Shown here piece by piece: positions 57,005 to 64,000 of a stretch of 64,000 nucleotides of DNA. The position numbers and the translations under genes are program-made. The stretch's first letter is position 1; each line of letters starts with the position of its first letter. Source of the stretch: Eledone cirrhosa. Lineage: Eukaryota. The notes beneath the pieces were generated by a model. The model was not told where the DNA came from, made no database searches, and saw only the letters and a list, made by a program, of their open reading frames with translations. The stretch is taken from NCBI GenBank assembly GCA_964016885.1, contig OZ024740.1:324694001-324758000 (forward strand), read 5' to 3'.

Positions 57005-57685
57005 ATGGGGGGGGGGGGTGAAACCCGCGAAGTACTCAACCGATTATTTTCAAACTTTACATGTGTATTATTTATGTTTCAGGGAGCGTTATGCACATAA
57101 AAAATTCAACTTTTTGATTAGGGGTTTTCTGAGGCATTACGTCATACCGATTTCCTTGAAATTGTAACTATGTATTAGTCAGTCTCTTCTTCATACCGTG
57201 AGCAAAGAATATCCAACTTTTTTATGGCCTATTGTCCACATTAAGTGAAAAACTGTGTTTTTTCAGCTTTTTAGGGGTTTTTTGAGGCGTTACGTCAGAC
57301 CGATTTCCTTGAAATTCTAACTATGTATCAATCAATCTCTTCTTCATACCGTGAGCAAAGAATATCCAACTTTTTAATGGCCTAGGGCCCGCATTAGGTG
57401 GAAAACTTCATATTTTCAGCTTTTTAGGGCTCTTTTGAGGCCGATTTTCCCGAAATTTCAAGGCATATTATGCACATAAAAAAATTCATTTTCTTGAACC
57501 CCTAGGGCCCGTATTAGATGAAAACCTGCATTTTTACTGCTTCATCGAGGAAAATCTTAAAGATTATCCAGCCATCAGAGTATTCGGTTTATTGTCCAGG
57601 CATACAGTTTTTCCACGATTAGGTCTGTTGGCCGCCCGCTGTTCCAAAATACCCTATCCCGTGCAACGCCGGGTACCACTGCTAG
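57005..57685 (+). mobile_element. Non-autonomous Helitron-like element with internal repeats of about 125 bp
   Basis: 3' cccgtgcaacgccggg hairpin plus CTAG|T at 57682-57686. Confidence 0.7.
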
Positions 57686-57724
57686 TATAATATATAACGT
57701 TGAAAGAGATAGAAGGCTAAATAA

Positions 57725-57910
57725 TTGTTTCTACTTTAGGCACAAGGCCAGCAATTACCCAGTGAATTACTGGTACTTTATTTTATCGACCCCGTAAGGA
57801 TGAAAGGCAAAGTCAACCTCGGCGGGATTTGAACTCAGATCGTAAAGGGACGTAACTATGCTGGAAAGCATGGCGTCCGACCCTCTACCGATACTGCCAA
57901 TCCACCACCC
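57725..57910 (-). mobile_element. Main-family tRNA-SINE
   Basis: Matches the family consensus seen at 14470-14655. Confidence 0.9.
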
Positions 57911-58022
57911 TTATATATATAGATAGAAGGCTAAATAATGCAAAATGGACTGTAAAATGAGGTAACGAAAAGTAAGTTACCTAGTAATCTTTGTTTTGTT
58001 TTTTGTTGTTCTTTTTTTCTGT

Positions 58023-58058
58023 CCAATATTTCGGGACCTAAAAGTCCCCTCTTCAGGG
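58023..58058 (-). ncRNA. Minimal hammerhead-core motif (PLE type)
   Basis: cc-CTGAAGA-g-gggac-ttttag-gtccc-GAAA-ta-TT-gg; stem I only 2 bp. Confidence 0.5.
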
Positions 58059-59202
58059 TTTTGAGGAACTTTCAGTGGATAATGTTCCAATTTACTCTCT
58101 TTGGGATTAAATTTTGATTTTGATTTAAATGTTTTCTAAGTCATTTTCAAGCGCCTTTTGATGGTTTTTTTCTCGCTTTTCACGAGAATGACGTTCATTG
58201 CCAATATAGTATTTCGTGAAGATAATTTTCTTTTTTTGTATAAGATGTTTAGTTTGTGTGCCTGTGGGTGTGTCTTTTTATGTTAAGTACTCGAAATCGG
58301 GTATAGTTGAAGGTACCCATTTACGTGTGTTGTGTTAAAGCGAATAACTATGCGTCTACTCGGGAGTTTATTTAACATTATATATTGAGTACGCTAAGAT
58401 GCAACCGGTACTAGCAGTGGAACCTATGCTAGTCTCGTCAAACTATTATTACACACACACACAAACATATATATATATATGTGTGTGTGTATATACACTG
58501 AGCTCAGTAAAATACATCTTCGTTATCAGATGTAGAAAAAAATCCCAACATGGTTTTGACAGCAGCGACACAGTCCGTTAACGTTGTTAAATAAATTGGA
58601 TTGTGATGTCAACATCTGCTCTGTTAGCACACGTGCCTTACTGAAAGCTGCATTCGTTCACATCCTTCCTTTCTTCTTCTTCTTCTTCTTCTTCTTCTTC
58701 TTCTTCTTCTTCTTCTTCTTCTTCTTCTTCTTCTTCTTCTTTTTCTGCTGCTGCTGCTGCTGCTGCTGCTTCATTCTGTCCTGGTAACAATGGATAACTT
58801 CATGATGTAATACCTGGATTGAACTATTAGAATTGCAGAGGGGAGCATTGCTATTTCGAGATAAACCCTACATCTATGGAAGTGCCGCAGCAGGGTCTAT
58901 CGCAGATGCATGCAGAGCGTAAAATAATTCTGACAATAATCCTACATATCTGTATGTGTACATGTGTATCGTATAGTTGGTGTGTTGTGTACATAGACGG
59001 CAACATGGCTGAATCATACGAACGTCCGATAGAACACTTTGCACTATTCGATTCAGCTCTGAGTGCAAATATCGTCAAGATCAAATTTGCAGTTAAACCT
59101 TTCGAAGTCGCTAAAATAAAATACCAATTAAGTACTGTGGTCGATACTCCCCCCCCCCCCACCTCTCTCTCTCTCTCCCTCCCCCCCTCTCTCTCTCCCT
59201 CT

Positions 59203-59293
<91 letters not shown>

Positions 59294-59306
59294 ATATATA
59301 TATATC

Positions 59307-59653
59307 AATGGAAACTATCTTTATAAAACAATATTTATTTTATTATAAATATTTCAAGGTGTACCAACATTTTTGGTACGCATTATCCGATAAAATATAA
59401 AAGTTTTTTTTAGAGATATATTCAAGGGACATATTTTTTAGAGACATATTTAGAGAAATATTCAAAACAAGAACTTATCGTTTTGAGTTATGTTTGAATA
59501 GAACAGAACTGAAAACGATAAGTTCTAGTTTTGAATATGTCACTATCTCAAAAAAACTTTTATATTTTATCTGATGAGAGCGTACCACAAATGTTGGTAC
59601 CCTTGATATATATATAAAAAAACAAATATGGTTTTACAAAGATAGTTTCCATT
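59307..59653. mobile_element. Older, diverged fold-back element with a hammerhead remnant in each arm
   Basis: Ends aatggaaactatcttt and aaagatagtttccatt; CTGATGA at 59571-59577 in the right arm; GAAA and stem I intact in the left arm. Confidence 0.7.
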
Positions 59654-60068
59654 TAATAATATTATTGATATTATACTCCAGAAGAAAGTTGTAGAGTGCT
59701 TCTAATCTGTTATAAACTAAATTTGTTGAATAACCAACAAATAAAATAACTCATTGCTTAGACACACACACACACGCACGCACATACACACACACACACG
59801 CACACACATATATATATATATATATACATAACCTGGACATTATTTATCCCAAATTGTAGAAATCTTATAACGAAGCAATCGTCTGGAAGGTAAGAGATAT
59901 TTATTTAATTATGTCTCATATAAAATAATACAACCAGCTATCCACGAAATACTGTTTAGTTAGCACCCCAAACACTAAATTGGGAGAATACTTAGGTATA
60001 TCCGAATGTTGTTCAGTGAGATGGAGTTGGTCGGAGTATCGCTTAAAGCTTTCTCTGTTAATGTATTG

Positions 60069-60177
<109 letters not shown>

Positions 60178-60557
60178 AGGAAAAAATCAGCATGTGCGTG
60201 TGTATATGCGTGGAGACATAGAAATAGTTGGGCTGGACACCCCATCGCGCGGTTAAACCACTGGGAGTGAAGGACCCCACCCTTTGTCAGGGCATTCTTC
60301 TAGGAGAAGGCAACTTAGGAAACTGGGATAACTCCGACATAGAACCTGCGGCTCAGTAGTAACTGATGATGTTGATCTTTTCTTCTTTTCGAGTTATAGC
60401 TACTGTCGCTCAGAGAGTGGAATTGGCTCAGTGCACAGTCTTTCCACACTTTAAAAAATATTTTCACTCACAGGCATTGCACGATAGAATTAATTAATAA
60501 TTATTAATAATGGTATATCGTGCAATGGCCATACTCGATAACGAGGGGGCAGCCATC

Positions 60558-60590
<33 letters not shown>

Positions 60591-60980
60591 TGTATGTATG
60601 TATATTCTTCTGGTTTTATAATTTCACAAATGTTTGCCAATAGAGAGAAAGTCGGTTTCTAACATAGATACAAGACTCTCATTGGAATTTACACAACATC
60701 AACTAGGTAGATAGGTATGTATGTCTGCATACATGGATGTGTGTGCAGCTATGGATGTTATTGTATGTGTGGATGTGGATGTTTTGAGTTGTATGTGTGC
60801 ATGTGTATATGCTCTGTATCTGTACAAGTGTATATGAAGTTATTAGATGCAGAATCTTTGGAATGTTTTACATATTTTTATGTATGTATTCATGTATACA
60901 TGTATGTGGGTATGTGGGTATGACTATATGTACATATATATATATATGTACGTTTGTACTTATATTATATATGTATGGTG

Positions 60981-61012
<32 letters not shown>

Positions 61013-61127
61013 TTTATTAAAATAACAGATTAAAGTTTAAGCAAAGAATCGCTGCTTTCACCCTTAACGGGATCTTCTGAAACTAACAAATATATTATTA
61101 CTATATATATATATATATATATGTATT

Positions 61128-61177
<50 letters not shown>

Positions 61178-61457
61178 TGTGTATGTGTAAGTGTGTGTCT
61201 GGGTGTATGTATGTAGCATATGTATATGTGTACACGCATTCAGAAAGAAATTTCGTCAAGCACCACACCATGGAACATCTTCAGATCAATGGCGCCTTAA
61301 AAGGCTGTTCTGGTAGAAAAACCCTCACGGATGACTGGCCATTTGGTTTACCATCTGTTTTGGCACTGTTTCTTCCGGAACCATGCTGCGTCACTAAAAA
61401 AACTACCCAAGGAAAATAGCCAAAGGTCTTTTTTGGGGTGTTACACACACACACACA

Positions 61458-61554
<97 letters not shown>

Positions 61555-61780
61555 CACACACACAAACGCCCTAACCATATACACGCACGCGTGCAAATAT
61601 CTATATCTGTATATATTCATATATACGTATTTGTGTTTATGTATGAATATATATATATGTATATACGCTTGTATATATATATATATAAATATATGTAGGA
61701 GGTGAGTTTTATTGTAGTACAATAAAGCAATGCAGATATCGGATAAGAAGCACTCTACAGTTTGTAGGACTGGAGTATAC

Positions 61781-62132
61781 ATAATATAAGATCAAAAGAT
61801 GGTTAAAGGAGTTCCATGTATTTTATTATGCGCATTTCAAAAACAAACATCATCATGCAATAATATTTGTGTTTTCATCAGATAAAACAGGAGAACATGA
61901 TATGAAGGCTAAAAAACACTTGTGGATAGTGCAGTTTTAAATCAACATATAAACAGTAATTTGATATGTTGATTTAAAACTGCACTATCCACAAGTGTTT
62001 TTAGCCTTCATATCATGTTCTCCTGTTTTATCTGATGAAAACACAAATATTATTGCATGATGATGTTTGTTTTTGAAATGCGCATAATAAAATACATGGA
62101 ACTCCTTTAACCATCTTTTGATCTTATATTAT
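61781..62132. mobile_element. Near-perfect fold-back element (about 170-bp arms, 13-nt loop), paralog of 78-407
   Basis: Arms differ by about 1 indel; ends at (TA)n. Confidence 0.88.
62024..62094 (+). ncRNA. Type-I hammerhead ribozyme motif
   Basis: tgttttat-CTGATGA-[acaaatattat/atgatgtttgt]-GAAA-tgcgca-TA-ataaaata; palindromic stem III. Confidence 0.8.
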
Positions 62133-62159
62133 ATATAAATATATATATATATATATATG

Positions 62160-62239
<80 letters not shown>

Positions 62240-62246
<7 letters not shown>

Positions 62247-63196
62247 GTGAGGTTTTTTTACAAAATGAAAAATAACCGAGGTGTCCTACACGAGTGAAAG
62301 TATAAAGAAAAAAAGATGAAATCGAAAATGCAACTGGAGTCTTATTTAAAAATATATATATATATATTTATTTGGTTCCTTTACCGGTTTCGCAGTTTTT
62401 CTGCTTTTCAAAAGTAGAGTTGAGATGGTGGGTCTGTGGTTTTTCTCACATCTGGTTGGTCTTTGAATGTTACTTGTTTTATATGGAAAAAAGTGGCTCG
62501 TAACGCCAGGTTTTTAGAGAAGTAATTTGATTGGTTGGTCAATAAGTATAATAAATTTCGCGCCAGTTCGCGTTACAAAGTTCTTCAAACAAGGGGGGGA
62601 GGGGCTCAAGTTGCTTTTTCATATATGAGTGTTTGAATCTCTTTTTACTTAAAAAAGGAGGCTCACGAAGGCTTCTTTTTTTTTAAAATGCAATTTGATT
62701 GGTTATAAATGAAATTATGACTGTCACCGGAACAAGTACCGCGCCCGTATTTGGGAATTTATTTTGTAGTCTTTTAGAGAATTTTATGACAAACAAAAGA
62801 TAATGGTCAAGAGAAATGGGATGGGGAGAATTGTTCTGGTTCAGTGAATATGGCTAGTTCGCTGGGGTGTCAGAATTCAGACTTTCTATTGAAATAAAGA
62901 AAGTAGACATATGTATGTTTATTTGTGTGCTTGTGTGTGTGTATAGGAAGATGATTCTATTTGTAGAAATGGGAGAGGGAGTTGTGTGTGTGTGTGTATA
63001 TGGGTGTTATGTGTGTGTGTGGGAGTATGTTAAGATGGAGAGAATATATATATTCTGTGTGTGTGTAGGAAAGTGATTCTATTAGTAGAAATAGGGGAGG
63101 GAGATGTGTGTGTGGGGGGGCGTTTATGTGTGTGTGTATGGGTGTTATGTGTGTGTGTGGGGGTATGGTTATCATGTTAAGATGAAGAGAATATAT

Positions 63197-63238
<42 letters not shown>

Positions 63239-64000
63239 GGAAAATGATTCCGTTAGTAGGAATATTTTTGAATGAACATATTTTCCTTATTCGTATTTGT
63301 TCTGTTGTATTGTCAGCGTAAACGTATGTTAAGGTTTATTTAGTTCGAGTTTTTATTTTCTAAAGTAGAAGGTGTTATGTGTGTGTGTATGTGTCTGTTT
63401 GGATGGTTAGCATGCTATGGTGTTGACATAATGTATATTAAACCATATTTAATGCTGGTCTTTATTTTTGAATAAACATATTTTCCTTATTTATTCGTAT
63501 TTGTTCTGTTGTATTGTCAGCGCAAAGGTAAAATCGGAAGACTTGGAATTTGGGTGAATTATTACTTGCGCAAATGTCTAGAGTGCGCTTAGTGGTATCT
63601 GTCTCGTGGCTGGATCTCGTAATTGTTGGCGATGAACTGTCATTCTATTTCTGAGTGTGAGTTTAGTTTGTCCTATATAATCTTCATTGCATCCTTTACA
63701 TTTAATGGCATAAATTAGATTTTTTGATGAGCAAGTGAAGTGATTTTTTACAGCAAAATTTTGTCCTGATTTAAATGTATACGTGTTGCCTTCAATGAGG
63801 TGAGTGCAGGTTTCACAATTAGAGCGACCACATTTTTTGACAGTTGGTTGTGGGTTTGTGGTAGGTAATTTGGCATTGGTGAGTAATGTTTTCAGTGATT
63901 TCGATTGTCTTTTGTTTTTGATTATTTTGTGTGTTTCAAGGGCTTTTTTCATTCTTGGGTCTTATTTCAGTAGTGGGATGTTCTTGTGAATAGTGTTGTA
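62240..64000 (-). mobile_element. Penelope-like element (Neptune-like), 3' part; continues beyond the window
   Basis: ORF 63578-63952 reads CGRSNCETC..FTCSSKNLIYAIKCKGCNEDYIGQT..LRNRMTVHR; pseudo-LTR ends at (TA)n. Confidence 0.9.
62379..62414 (-). ncRNA. Minimal hammerhead motif with U3:A8 core (TTGAAAA); also at 36491-36526
   Basis: ctt-TTGAAAA-gcag-aaaaa-ctgc-GAAA-ccgg-TA-aag. Confidence 0.65.

Noticed and set aside
58876-59400. 174-aa ORF
   Set aside because: Composed of a degenerate SINE and a (CT)n tract

Overview
Eukaryotic, AT-rich, extremely microsatellite-dense DNA. The SINE families and repeat landscape suggest an octopus-like cephalopod, which is an inference. Most ORFs in the supplied track are translations of microsatellites. 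Real coding signal is almost all from mobile elements: a near-complete Tx1/L1-type LINE (38.4-44.1 kb), a decayed autonomous Helitron (44.5-49.1 kb), an R4/Dong-type RLE retrotransposon (52.1-55.8 kb), four Penelope-like element (PLE) GIY-YIG remnants, Tc1/mariner and HERO-like remnants, a bipartite RTE-derived family and many tRNA-derived SINEs. Host coding signal is limited to a MAK16 C-terminal segment (29.9-30.5 kb, minus) and a few phase-1 exon candidates of an unknown minus-strand gene (9.4-15.2 kb). The most notable unexplained layer is at least 10 fold-back (hairpin) insertions from several unrelated PLE pseudo-LTR families, mostly beside (TA)n tracts. Many carry type-I hammerhead ribozyme folds, including non-canonical cores (CAGAAGA, and a U3:A8 swap). 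Retroelement classes also partition by flanking microsatellite. Ribozyme folds were read by eye, and activity is untested.
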